DNA from: Bacillota bacterium
GTDB taxonomy: Bacteria > Bacillota > Sulfobacillia > JAUYEG01
NCBI GenBank assembly: GCA_030691505.1
Contig: JAUYEG010000091.1
Location: 34,552 to 98,551, forward strand
Reading direction: 5' to 3'
DNA length: 64,000 nucleotides
Shown here: positions 27,657 through 36,684 of the stretch, piece after piece
Position numbering within the stretch: position 1 is the stretch's first letter
Layout of the letters: every line of letters starts with the position of its first letter
Program-made: the position numbers and the translations under genes
Notes under the pieces: generated by a model
The model's input: the letters and a program-made list of their open reading frames with translations, nothing else
What the model was told of the DNA's origin: nothing
Databases searched by the model: none

Positions 27657-28085
27657 TTGGACGGTTTCTGGCAGGCGGTCAAGGTGGTGGTCGTCACGGC
27701 CCTGGTTGTCACGGCCGCCGGCTTCACAGCGCGGCAGACCGCGACCCGCATGCGGTCGGCCGGGCGCGGCCGCTATCTGGCGGTTGTGGACTCCATCTCC
27801 CTGGGGATGCAGCGCGGGCTGTTCCTGGTGCGGCTCGGCGAGCGGCACGTGGTGATCGGGCTGGCGCGCGATCAGATCACGCTGCTGTCTGACCTCGGCA
27901 CCGACGGGCTTGGGAGCCTGCCCGCGTTGCCCTCCGCCGCGAACCCCGGGCCAGCCGGTTGCCCCGGTTCCCGGCAACCGCGTCCGGACGATCCGGGCGC
28001 CCGTCGCCTGGCCGGCCGCCTTGACGCACTGTGGGCCAAGTTGACGGGGGACGAGCAATCGCAGCGGGGGCCCGGCGGCCGATGA
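27657..28085 (+). CDS. fliO: Flagellar biosynthesis protein FliO/FliZ
   Basis: Single TM followed by LAVVDSISLGMQRGLFLVRLGERHVVIG. Positioned between fliN and fliP. Confidence 0.75.
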   Translation: MDGFWQAVKVVVVTALVVTAAGFTARQTATRMRSAGRGRYLAVVDSISLGMQRGLFLVRLGERHVVIGLARDQITLLSDLGTDGLGSLPALPSAANPGPAGCPGSRQPRPDDPGARRLAGRLDALWAKLTGDEQSQRGPGGR

Positions 28086-28759
28086 ACGGACTGCCAAGCG
28101 TGACGATCAACCCAGGGGCGGGCGGCGGCGAGCCGGTGGCAACCGTGCTGCAGATTGTCTTTTTGCTCACGGTGCTGACCCTGGCTCCGGCCATACTGAT
28201 TCTCACGACGAGCTTCACCCGCATCACCGTGGTCCTCGGCTTCGTGCGCAACGCCCTGGCCACGCAGCAGATGCCGCCCAACCAGGTGCTGATCGGCCTG
28301 GCGCTGTTCCTGACCTTCTTTGTCATGGCCCCCGTTTTCGGGGCCATTAACGAGCAGGCCCTGCAGCCCTACCTCGCCGGCGAGCTCGACGCGGGCACCG
28401 CGCTGGCCCGGAGCGAGGCTCAGCTCAAGGGCTTCATGCTCAAGCACACGCGCGAAAAGGAGCTGGCCCTTTTCGCCAGCATGAACTCGGACGAGCCGCC
28501 GGCCCGCCCCGAGGACGTCCCGACGCTGGCGCTGATTCCGGCCTTCGTGATAAGCGAACTCAAGACGGCCTTCCAGATCGGCTTTGTGATCTTCGTGCCG
28601 TTTCTGGTCATCGACATGGTCGTCGCCAGCACGCTGATGTCCATGGGGATGCTGATGCTCCCGCCGATGATGATCTCGCTTCCCTTTAAAATCGTGCTGT
28701 TTGTGCTGGTAGACGGTTGGTATCTGGTCATCCGGTCGCTCGTGACCGGGCTGCAGTAG
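28082..28759 (+). CDS. fliP: Flagellar export apparatus protein FliP
   Basis: TSFTRITVVLGFVRNALATQQMPPNQVLIGLALFLTFFVMAPV. The ATG at 28082 overlaps the fliO stop. Confidence 0.95.
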   Translation: MNGLPSVTINPGAGGGEPVATVLQIVFLLTVLTLAPAILILTTSFTRITVVLGFVRNALATQQMPPNQVLIGLALFLTFFVMAPVFGAINEQALQPYLAGELDAGTALARSEAQLKGFMLKHTREKELALFASMNSDEPPARPEDVPTLALIPAFVISELKTAFQIGFVIFVPFLVIDMVVASTLMSMGMLMLPPMMISLPFKIVLFVLVDGWYLVIRSLVTGLQ

Positions 28760-28771
28760 GGGGGAACGTCC

Positions 28772-29041
28772 ATGTCCGTGGAGATCGTGCTCAACGTGGG
28801 CCGGCAGGCCGTGTGGACGGCTCTGAGCGTGGCCTCGCCCGTGCTCGCGCTGACGCTGGCGGTCGGGCTCCTGGTCAGCATCTTCCAGGCCACGACGCAG
28901 ATTCACGAGCAGACCCTGACGTTCGCGCCCAAGATCGTCGCCACCCTGATATCCCTGCTGGTATTCGGGCCCTGGATGCTCGCCAGGATCCTCGACCTGA
29001 CCCGTAACCTTTTGGGCAATCTCAACTCTTTCGTGCGCTGA
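28772..29041 (+). CDS. fliQ: Flagellar export apparatus protein FliQ
   Basis: 89 aa; LLVSIFQATTQIHEQTLTFAPKIVA. Confidence 0.93.
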   Translation: MSVEIVLNVGRQAVWTALSVASPVLALTLAVGLLVSIFQATTQIHEQTLTFAPKIVATLISLLVFGPWMLARILDLTRNLLGNLNSFVR

Positions 29042-29052
29042 GGAGGAAACCG

Positions 29053-29898
29053 ATGACCCTGGAGCTCGGAATCGACCTGGCCTACCTGGCGGCATTGCCG
29101 CTGGTCAGCCTGCGCTGCCTGGGGACCTTCGCTGTGGCGCCCCTCTTTGGCAGCAGGTTTGTTCCGGCTCAGGTCCGGGTGGCGCTGGGCCTGCTGTGCG
29201 GGGTGCTTTTGGTTCCCCTGGCTCTGGGCGGGGCCGGAGGCGCGGCGGCTGCCGGTGCAGCCGGCCCGCTGGCCACGCTTGCGGCGGGCGGATCGTGGGG
29301 GGCGCTGGCCTCCCCGATGGAGTACGCCATCCGCTGCGGCGCCGAGTTGCTGCTGGGCCTGGGCGTCGGATACCTCGCACTGCTCTTCCTGGCGGCTGCG
29401 CAGATCGCGGGCCAGGTGATGGACATGGAACTGGGCTTCGCGATGGTCAGCGTGCTGGATCCGCAGTTCGGGTTGCAGCTGCCGCTGATCGGCAGCCTGC
29501 TCAACCTGCTCGGCGTCCTCGTGTTCCTGGCCCTTGACGGCCACCTGCTGCTGATGCGGGCCCTGCGCGACAGCGTCCTGCTTTTGCCGCCGGGGGGGCT
29601 CGGCCTTGACGCAGGCGCAGCTGAGCTGCTCCTTCGCGCATTCGCCGCCACCTTCGTGACGGCGCTGAAGCTCGCTGCCCCCGTCGTCGCCGCCCTGTTC
29701 CTGGTCAGCGTGGCCCTGGGAATTGTGGCGCGCACCGTGCCGCAGATGAACGTTTTCGTGGTCGGCCTGCCCCTGCGGATCGCGGTTGGCATCGCCGTGC
29801 TCCTGCTGACGCTGCCGTATGTGGGCGCGGTCTTCGCCCCGGCCCTGAGCGGCGTGTTCGAGACCATCAACCGGCTCCTCGCCGGGCTGGCAGGGTAG
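29053..29898 (+). CDS. fliR: Flagellar export apparatus protein FliR
   Basis: Polytopic 281-aa protein with QIAGQVMDMELGFAMVSVLDPQ. Confidence 0.9.
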   Translation: MTLELGIDLAYLAALPLVSLRCLGTFAVAPLFGSRFVPAQVRVALGLLCGVLLVPLALGGAGGAAAAGAAGPLATLAAGGSWGALASPMEYAIRCGAELLLGLGVGYLALLFLAAAQIAGQVMDMELGFAMVSVLDPQFGLQLPLIGSLLNLLGVLVFLALDGHLLLMRALRDSVLLLPPGGLGLDAGAAELLLRAFAATFVTALKLAAPVVAALFLVSVALGIVARTVPQMNVFVVGLPLRIAVGIAVLLLTLPYVGAVFAPALSGVFETINRLLAGLAG

Positions 29899-29908
29899 GT
29901 GAGAGCGC

Positions 29909-30991
29909 GTGCCGGCTGACTCCAGCCAGGAACGTCGGGAACCAGCAACCCCAAAGAGGCGTCAGGATGCCCGCAAACGGGGGCAGGTTTTTCGCAGCAC
30001 GGAAATGTCGGCGGCTTTCGCCCTGATGGGCGGTGGAGCGGCCCTGGCCTGGAGCGGCGGCAATACCGTGCGCGTGCTCCGCGAGTACCTCGCCAGGTCG
30101 CTGGACCTGCGGGCGGCGGCCGCGCTGGCTTCCGGTGAGATGACCACCGCCGCCGCCGGGTTGCTCTTCCGGGGCGCGCTCACGGTGCTGGTCCGTGCCT
30201 GCCTGCCCGTTGTCCTGGCAGCCGCGGTGATGGGCCTTGCGGCCGATCTGACGCAATCAGGGCTCAACTTCGCGACCCAGCCGCTGGCCCCCAGGCTGGA
30301 CCGTCTCGACCCCATCGCGGGGACAAAGCGCCTGGTGTCGCGGCGGGCCCTGGTTGAGCTGGCGAAATCGTTGGCCAAGGTGACCGTGGTGGCCTGGGCA
30401 GCTTTCAGCGCCGTTGCCCCGCGCATCGGTCTCTTTGGGGGGATGGCCCTGCTTCGTTTGGAGCAGGGGATGTCGCTCACCGGCAGCCTCGCGTGGCAGG
30501 TGGCGTCGCGGACGCTGGCAGCGCTGTTCGTTGTGGCGGCCCTCGATTACGTCTACCAGCGGCATGAGCACGAGCAGTCGCTCCGCATGACCCGCGAGGA
30601 GCTCAAGCAGGAACTCAAGGAGACAGACGGCGACCCCAAGCTGCGCGCGCGCATCCGCCAGCGGCAGCGAGAGATTTCGCGCCGCAGGATGATGGCGGCG
30701 GTGCCCAAGGCCGACGTTGTCATAGTCAACCCGACCCACTACGCCTGTGCACTGTCGTACCGCGGCGCCCAGATGCGCGCGCCCCGCCTGGTGGCCAAGG
30801 GCAAGGACCATATGGCCCTGCGCATCAAGGAGCTGGCCCGCGAACACCGGGTCCCGGTCGTGGACGACGCGCCGCTGGCGCGGGCGCTCTACGCCACCGT
30901 CGAGATCGGCGCCGAGGTTCCCCCCGAGCTCTACCGGGCGGTCGCTGAGGTGCTGGCTTTTGTGTACCGGCTCAAAGGAAAGGTGGCCTAG
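29909..30991 (+). CDS. flhB: Flagellar export switch protein FlhB
   Basis: EPATPKRRQDARKRGQVFRS N-terminus and the NPTH autocleavage site (VIVNPTHYACAL). Confidence 0.95.
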   Translation: MPADSSQERREPATPKRRQDARKRGQVFRSTEMSAAFALMGGGAALAWSGGNTVRVLREYLARSLDLRAAAALASGEMTTAAAGLLFRGALTVLVRACLPVVLAAAVMGLAADLTQSGLNFATQPLAPRLDRLDPIAGTKRLVSRRALVELAKSLAKVTVVAWAAFSAVAPRIGLFGGMALLRLEQGMSLTGSLAWQVASRTLAALFVVAALDYVYQRHEHEQSLRMTREELKQELKETDGDPKLRARIRQRQREISRRRMMAAVPKADVVIVNPTHYACALSYRGAQMRAPRLVAKGKDHMALRIKELAREHRVPVVDDAPLARALYATVEIGAEVPPELYRAVAEVLAFVYRLKGKVA

Positions 30992-30997
30992 CGGCCC

Positions 30998-33058
30998 ATG
31001 ACGAAAACCGCACTGCCCGCCGGCCTGGCCCGCCACGGGGATCTGCTCGTGCCCCTGGCGGTCATCGCCATGGTCGTGATGATGGTCATCCCGCTGCCCC
31101 CGGTCGTGCTCGACCTGCTGTTAGCGTTCAATCTGACCATCGCGCTGGTAGTGCTGCTGGTCACGATGTTCACGACCGAGCCGCTGCAGTTCTCGATATT
31201 CCCATCGTTGCTGCTGATTACGACGCTGTTCCGGCTGGCGCTCAACGTTTCGTCCACCCGTCTGATCCTGCTCCACGGCTACGCCGGGCAGATCATCCAG
31301 CAGTTCGGCCAGTTCGTCGTCGGGGGCAACGCCCTTGTGGGCCTGATCGTCTTCCTGATCCTCGTGGTCATCCAGTTTGTGGTGATCACCAAGGGCGCCG
31401 AGCGCGTGGCCGAGGTCGCAGCGCGGTTTACCCTCGACGCCATGCCGGGCAAACAGATGTCCATCGACGCCGACCTCAACGCCGGCTTGCTCAGCGAGGA
31501 CCAGGCGCGGCAGCGCCGCCGCGAGGTGGAGCGCGAGGCCGATTTCTACGGGGCGATGGACGGTGCGTCCAAGTTTGTGAAGGGCGACGCCATCGCGGGT
31601 CTCATCATCACGGTCATCAACTTCCTCGGCGGCATCGCCATAGGGGTACTGCAGCGGGGAATGCCGTTCGCCGATGCTTCCAGCACGTATTCGCTCCTAA
31701 CCGTCGGCGACGGGCTGGTCAGCCAGATCCCCGCGCTTCTGATTTCCACCGCCACGGGCATCACCGTCACCAGGGCGGCCTCCGAGGCCAGCATGGGCCG
31801 CGACCTCGTCGGGCAGCTGCTCTCCCAGCCCAAAGTGATGCAGGTTGCATCCATGCTGCTCTTCGGGTTCGGGCTCGTGCCCGGCCTGCCGCGCCTGCCT
31901 TTCTTCGTGCTCGGCGCGCTGTCGCTGGCCCTGGCCAGGTCGCTGCGCCGCGCGGCGGCGCAGGCAACCCAGTTCGACGCCGATCAGAAGCGTCTTGACG
32001 AGCTTGACGCTTTTCGCAAGCCGGAGGCCGCTCTGTCATTGCTCCATCTCGATCCGCTGGAGATCGAATTGGGCTATGCCCTGGTGCCGCTGGCGGAGCG
32101 GGACGGCGGCGATCTGCCCGAGCGCATCAGCGTGATCCGCCGCCAGCTGGCCATGGAGCTTGGCATGGTGGTGCCGCCGATCCGGATTCTTGACAACATC
32201 CAGCTGCAGCCAAACACCTATGTCATCCGCCTGCGCGGCGTGACCGTGGCCCGGGGCCAGGTCTATCTCGACCGCTACCTGGGAATGAATCCAGGCAACG
32301 ATGACCCCGGGATCGAGGGTCTGCCGACGCGGGAGCCCGCCTTCGGCCTTCCGGCGCTGTGGCTCGCCAAGGAGTCCAAGGAACGCGCGGAGCTGGCCGG
32401 CCTCACCGTGGTCGACCCGCCGTCGGTCCTGGCGACCCACCTGACCGAGGTAATCAAGGCGCACGCCGGCGAGCTGCTTGGCCGCCAAGAGGTTCAGGCC
32501 CTGCTGGATGCGCTCAAGACGCGCCTTCCGGCCGTGGTCGAGGAACTGGTGCCCGGCCTGATGACCCTTGGTGAGGTCCAGAAGGTACTGCAAAACCTGC
32601 TACGCGAGAGCATCTCGATCCGCGACCTTGGGACCATCCTGGAAACCCTTGCTGACCTGGCGCGAGGGACCAAGGACACGGATATCCTCACCGAGCAGGT
32701 CCGCCAGAGCCTGTCGCGGATGATCAGCAGCGCCGCGGTGGGCGAGTCCGAAACGCTCCACGTCGTAACACTTGCCCCCGGGCTCGAGGAGAGCATCATG
32801 GCCGCCGTGCGCCGCACCGACACCGGCGTGACCCTGGCCATGGAGCCCGAGCTGCACAGGCGCATCCTCACCTCGCTGGCCCAGGAAACAGATAAAATCA
32901 GCGAGCGCGGCAGGACTCCCGTCGTGCTCTGTTCCCCGCTGGTCCGCCTCTATTTCCGGCGCCTCACCGAGCGTGTCGCGCGGCGCCTGACGATTCTGTC
33001 CTACAACGAACTTGACCCGGACCTCACTGTCGAGGCCGTCGGGGTGGTGAGCGCGTGA
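30998..33058 (+). CDS. flhA: Flagellar export gate protein FlhA
   Basis: FPSLLLITTLFRLALNVSSTRLIL...GAMDGASKFVKGDAIAG plus the cytoplasmic FlhA-C domain. Confidence 0.96.
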   Translation: MTKTALPAGLARHGDLLVPLAVIAMVVMMVIPLPPVVLDLLLAFNLTIALVVLLVTMFTTEPLQFSIFPSLLLITTLFRLALNVSSTRLILLHGYAGQIIQQFGQFVVGGNALVGLIVFLILVVIQFVVITKGAERVAEVAARFTLDAMPGKQMSIDADLNAGLLSEDQARQRRREVEREADFYGAMDGASKFVKGDAIAGLIITVINFLGGIAIGVLQRGMPFADASSTYSLLTVGDGLVSQIPALLISTATGITVTRAASEASMGRDLVGQLLSQPKVMQVASMLLFGFGLVPGLPRLPFFVLGALSLALARSLRRAAAQATQFDADQKRLDELDAFRKPEAALSLLHLDPLEIELGYALVPLAERDGGDLPERISVIRRQLAMELGMVVPPIRILDNIQLQPNTYVIRLRGVTVARGQVYLDRYLGMNPGNDDPGIEGLPTREPAFGLPALWLAKESKERAELAGLTVVDPPSVLATHLTEVIKAHAGELLGRQEVQALLDALKTRLPAVVEELVPGLMTLGEVQKVLQNLLRESISIRDLGTILETLADLARGTKDTDILTEQVRQSLSRMISSAAVGESETLHVVTLAPGLEESIMAAVRRTDTGVTLAMEPELHRRILTSLAQETDKISERGRTPVVLCSPLVRLYFRRLTERVARRLTILSYNELDPDLTVEAVGVVSA

Positions 33059-34269
33059 TGAACGAGAACCGTCCGCGGACGCCCGCATCCAGAGCTGCCC
33101 GGCGCCCCATGGCGGCCGGCGTATTCCGGGCCAGGACGATGGAGGAGGCTCTGACGCGGGTGCGGTTGGCCCTAGGACCGGGCGCCGTCATCGTGACCAC
33201 GCGCCGGCGGCCCAAGTACCACCTGTTCGGACCGGTGGTGGCCGAAATCGTTGCCCGCGCCCCGTCGCCGGGCGCGAACCCCCCCAAGGCGGGGGGCCCC
33301 GCTCCCACCAGAGCCGCCCGCGGTTCCGCTGACCGGCGCCCCACCGCGGGAGCCCCCGAGATGCGCGGCGCCGCAGCCGTGACCGCGGAGCCCCGGAAGA
33401 GCGCGGCGGGCTCCAGGAGCAGCACCGGTGGGGTGCAGGCTGCGCTCCAGGAGCTGCTCGTCGCGGCAGGTGTGGCCCCCGGCCTGGCGACCATGCTGTC
33501 CGTCAACGCCCTGCTCGGCCAATCCGGTCCGCTGCTCAGCGCCAAGCAGCTGACCGCCCGGCTGGCCAATGCGCTGGCGGAGATGGTCGGCGCCGTAAGG
33601 CCGGCGGACCTGTCGGGCGAAGGCAGCCGTGTCATCGCCTTCATCGGACCGCACGGCGGGGGCAAGACGACCGCGCTGGCAAAGCTTGCCTGCGAGCTCG
33701 TCCTAGCCGGCGGCCGCAAGGTTGCCCTGCTCACCGCCGATACCCACCGGTTGGGAGCGGCGGATCAACTCGCACGCTACGCGGCCATCCTCAACGTCAG
33801 CTTTGGGGCTGCCTACACCCCCGGGGAGCTGCGGAGGATGCGCGATGACGCCACCTCCAAATCCGACGTCACACTTATAGACACTCCGGGGCGCAACTGG
33901 CGCTCCATCGAAGACCTGAACGACCTGGCGGCTATGCTCGACTCCGCCCATCCGGACGAGGTTCACCTTGTGCTCCCGGCGGTCTACCAGCTCAGCGTCG
34001 CGGAGCACCTCATTTCCGCCTATAGGCCCCTCGGCGTCGACCGGCTGCTGGTCAGCAAGCTCGATGAAGCCGAAACCTACGGCCCGGTTGTCAACCTGGT
34101 CGCCGGCTGCCGGCTGCCGCTTTCCTATGTCGGCCTGGGCCCGGACGTCCCCGGAACACTCTGGGCGCCCGATCCCGGCCATCTCGCCCGCACGCTGCTG
34201 GCCGGCAAGTCACCACAGGACCCCGTACCGGAGCCGCAGCGGGAGGAGGCTGGCGCAGTTGGGCGCTGA
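33058..34269 (+). CDS. flhF: Flagellar SRP-type GTPase FlhF
   Basis: GPHGGGKTT (G1), LLTADTHRLGAADQL, DTPGRN (G3) and SKLDE (G4). The long Ala/Pro-rich B-domain makes the start uncertain (33055, 33058 or 33109). Confidence 0.9.
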   Translation: MNENRPRTPASRAARRPMAAGVFRARTMEEALTRVRLALGPGAVIVTTRRRPKYHLFGPVVAEIVARAPSPGANPPKAGGPAPTRAARGSADRRPTAGAPEMRGAAAVTAEPRKSAAGSRSSTGGVQAALQELLVAAGVAPGLATMLSVNALLGQSGPLLSAKQLTARLANALAEMVGAVRPADLSGEGSRVIAFIGPHGGGKTTALAKLACELVLAGGRKVALLTADTHRLGAADQLARYAAILNVSFGAAYTPGELRRMRDDATSKSDVTLIDTPGRNWRSIEDLNDLAAMLDSAHPDEVHLVLPAVYQLSVAEHLISAYRPLGVDRLLVSKLDEAETYGPVVNLVAGCRLPLSYVGLGPDVPGTLWAPDPGHLARTLLAGKSPQDPVPEPQREEAGAVGR

Positions 34270-34792
34270 CGATCTCAACGGGCGGCGCGGGAAGCCTCCC
34301 GCCGGTCCGGGCCACCCGTCCGGCCCCGGGAGTGACCGCGTATGGATTGAGGTCCTCGCAGGCCTTAGCCAGGGCGCCGAGCCGCCGCCAGCTACGGAAC
34401 GCCGCAGCCACCCGCGAACCCGAGTGGCCGTCCCGGTTGCCGCGGCACGGCTGCCTCGTCCCGAAGAGGGAGCAAACACCGCCCTCAGGTTCGTCAGCGG
34501 GATATCGCGCGATGTCGGGTCCGGTGGCCTTTCGTTCACGTGCCCCGGGGTCGACCTGAAGGCGGGAGACCTGGTTTCGCTGTTTCTCACCCCGCCCGGC
34601 GCCGGTCGCCGCATCCAGGCGACGTGCCTTGTGCTGCGGATCAGCGGCCTGTGGGTGGCGGCGCGCTTTGTGGACCTGGATGAGCGGGCCCAACTGGAGC
34701 TAACCCGTCTCGTGCGCCGCTATGGCCAGAGATGGAGCGCCCTGGACGCCGCCGGCGAGGCCTGGGGGGTGGAGGAACGTGACGAACGCTGA
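34259..34792 (+). CDS. PilZ-domain c-di-GMP receptor candidate
   Basis: RRSHPR (RRxxxR) followed 27 aa later by DVGSGGLSF (D-x-S/G-x-x-G). The TTG at 34259 lies 9 nt after a perfect GGGAGGAGG and overlaps the flhF stop. Confidence 0.75.
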   Translation: MGADDLNGRRGKPPAGPGHPSGPGSDRVWIEVLAGLSQGAEPPPATERRSHPRTRVAVPVAAARLPRPEEGANTALRFVSGISRDVGSGGLSFTCPGVDLKAGDLVSLFLTPPGAGRRIQATCLVLRISGLWVAARFVDLDERAQLELTRLVRRYGQRWSALDAAGEAWGVEERDER

Positions 34793-35057
34793 CTTTGTGC
34801 CGATGGCGCGCCTTTGCCTCACGGGCGTGGCCGTGCTGGCGACGGCCGCGGGCGCCCTGGCGGCCGGCGTTACGACCGGTGGTCTCGTGGCCCGCACCGC
34901 CCTGGCGGGGGTGTGTTTCTGGATACTCGGCACGGTACTCGGCCGGCTGATCGCATGGTGCGGGGCGCCCGCTTCCAAGCGGGGGCCGGCGCTCCCGGGC
35001 AGCAAGGGACAGGTTCTCGACGTGACCTTGCCGGCGACGCATCCGCCGGGCGTCTAG
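34779..35057 (+). CDS. Small hydrophobic protein (2 predicted TM), unknown function
   Basis: MARLCLTGVAVLATAAGALAAG...LAGVCFWILGTVLGRLIAW. The start is ambiguous (GTG 34779, GTG 34797 or ATG 34803). Confidence 0.4.
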   Translation: MTNADFVPMARLCLTGVAVLATAAGALAAGVTTGGLVARTALAGVCFWILGTVLGRLIAWCGAPASKRGPALPGSKGQVLDVTLPATHPPGV

Positions 35058-35104
35058 GACGGGCCCCGCGGGCCACCGTTCTCTGAATTTGGGGGGAATG
35101 ACTG

Positions 35105-35890
35105 ATGAGCTCCGTCGCACCGAGCCGCAAAGGACAGAGCGAGCTGTGGCAGCTTTACCGCGTGACGCGGGACTCCGCGGTACGCGAACGGCTGATTATC
35201 CGGTATGCGCCGCTGGTCAAGTACGTCGCGGGCCGCCTGGCGATGGGCCTGCCGCCGAGCATCGAAGTTGACGACCTCATCAGCTACGGCGTGTTCGGGC
35301 TGATCGATGCGATCGACAAATTTGACCTTGACCGCGAGGTAAAGTTCGAAACCTATGCAATCGCCCGCATCCGGGGAGCCATGCTCGACGGGCTGCGGGC
35401 CTACGACTGGATCCCCTATTCGGTGCGCCAGAAGGCCAAGGTACTGGAGCGGACCTACAGCAAGCTGGAAGGCCGCCTCGGGCGGTCCGCCACCGACGCG
35501 GAGGTTGCCGCCGAACTATGCGTCACCCCGGCCAAGCTCGGCAAGATGCTCCTTGACGTACGCGGGCTGGCGGTGACCTCTCTAGACGAAACCTGGAACG
35601 GCGAAGATGAGAGCGGCAACGGCCTTCGTCCGATCGAGGTCATCGAGGATACCAGCGCGGAAGATCCTGTCGGCCGCGTCGAGTTCGAGGAGCGCAAGAA
35701 GCTCGTCGCCGAGGCCGTGACCAAACTCCCGGAGAAGGAGAGGCTCGTCGTGGCCCTCTACTACTTCGAGGGTCTCACTGCCAAGGAAATCAGCCACATA
35801 CTGAAAGTCTCCCAGTCCCGCATCTCCCAGCTGCATAGCCGGGCAATCATGCGGCTGCGCGGCCGGCTCGGCGCGGACTTCATGTTTTAG
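35105..35890 (+). CDS. fliA: Flagellar sigma factor FliA/SigD (sigma-28)
   Basis: Regions 2-4 are present: YAPLVKYVAGRL, DDLISYGVFGLIDAIDKFD, ETYAIARIRGAMLD, LTAKEISHILKVSQSRISQLH. Confidence 0.93.
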   Translation: MSSVAPSRKGQSELWQLYRVTRDSAVRERLIIRYAPLVKYVAGRLAMGLPPSIEVDDLISYGVFGLIDAIDKFDLDREVKFETYAIARIRGAMLDGLRAYDWIPYSVRQKAKVLERTYSKLEGRLGRSATDAEVAAELCVTPAKLGKMLLDVRGLAVTSLDETWNGEDESGNGLRPIEVIEDTSAEDPVGRVEFEERKKLVAEAVTKLPEKERLVVALYYFEGLTAKEISHILKVSQSRISQLHSRAIMRLRGRLGADFMF

Positions 35891-35902
35891 GGGGCGTTGC
35901 CC

Positions 35903-36256
35903 GTGAAACCGATGGACCTGCAGACCCTGTTGACCAGATCGACCGACGTGGCGCGCTCCCGGCACGTGGAAATCCAGCGCCCGGCGCTTGCGCAGCAACA
36001 GTTCGCGGCCGAGATCAACCGCACCGTGGTCCATAAACAGCGCACTGTGGGCGAAACCCCCGGTGTGCGCGGCGGCCGGATCGACCGCGACTCGAAAAGG
36101 GGCCGCGGGCGGGAATCGGGCAGCGGCCGGGAACCGGGCGGCGGGCCCGGCGGCGACCCGCCCAATGACGGGGCCGCCGGGCCGCAGCAGGGAGCGGGCA
36201 AGGGCCGTCTGGTCGACGTGATCCTCGATTTGGGCTTGTGCCAGGGGGGTACCTAG
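35903..36256 (+). CDS. Hypothetical protein (Gly/Arg-rich C-terminal half) downstream of fliA
   Basis: The ORF has AGGGGG 8 nt upstream of the GTG. The N-terminal 60 aa are protein-like (MDLQTLLTRSTDVARSRHVEIQRPALAQQQFAAEINR). I recognise no family. Confidence 0.45.
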   Translation: MKPMDLQTLLTRSTDVARSRHVEIQRPALAQQQFAAEINRTVVHKQRTVGETPGVRGGRIDRDSKRGRGRESGSGREPGGGPGGDPPNDGAAGPQQGAGKGRLVDVILDLGLCQGGT

Positions 36257-36258
36257 CA

Positions 36259-36684
36259 ATGGCCGTGACACTTGGTTTCGTCTCGCTCCTGCTGGCCGCG
36301 CTGGCCTGTTTTCGGGCCCATGGCGCCCGCCGTCACACGCGGCGTCTGCAGGCCACGCTCGAGGAGATGATCGCGCTGATGGAACTGCTCTCCGAGCGGT
36401 ATCCGGGTGAGGGGATTGACTCAGCGGGTGAAACCGCGGAGGGCCCCGCGGGCCGATGCTCTGCCCCGGTAACTGAGGAGTTCGCCCCGGCTGCGGACGG
36501 TCGCGCCGGCGCCGGCGGCGCGCCGCCATGCTCTCCGGATGCCGGCGCGGGTGTGCGTCAGCGAGTGGCTCAGCTTGACGCCAACGGGGCGAGCCGGAGC
36601 GCCATCTGCCGCGAGATCGGACTCAGCCAGGGCGAGGTCAAGCTGATGCTGGCAATGTACCAGCGGATAGGGGGCGCTGCCTGA
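36259..36684 (+). CDS. Membrane-anchored hypothetical protein with C-terminal HTH-like segment
   Basis: N-terminal TM (MAVTLGFVSLLLAALACF), a low-complexity linker, and C-terminal SRSAICREIGLSQGEVKLMLAMYQ. Its stop overlaps the flgF start. Confidence 0.5.
   Translation: MAVTLGFVSLLLAALACFRAHGARRHTRRLQATLEEMIALMELLSERYPGEGIDSAGETAEGPAGRCSAPVTEEFAPAADGRAGAGGAPPCSPDAGAGVRQRVAQLDANGASRSAICREIGLSQGEVKLMLAMYQRIGGAA

Noticed and set aside
33968-34258. Upstream part of the 274-aa ORF containing the PilZ domain
   Set aside because: It overlaps the 3' end of flhF out of frame. The PilZ gene has its own perfect SD and a TTG start at 34259.
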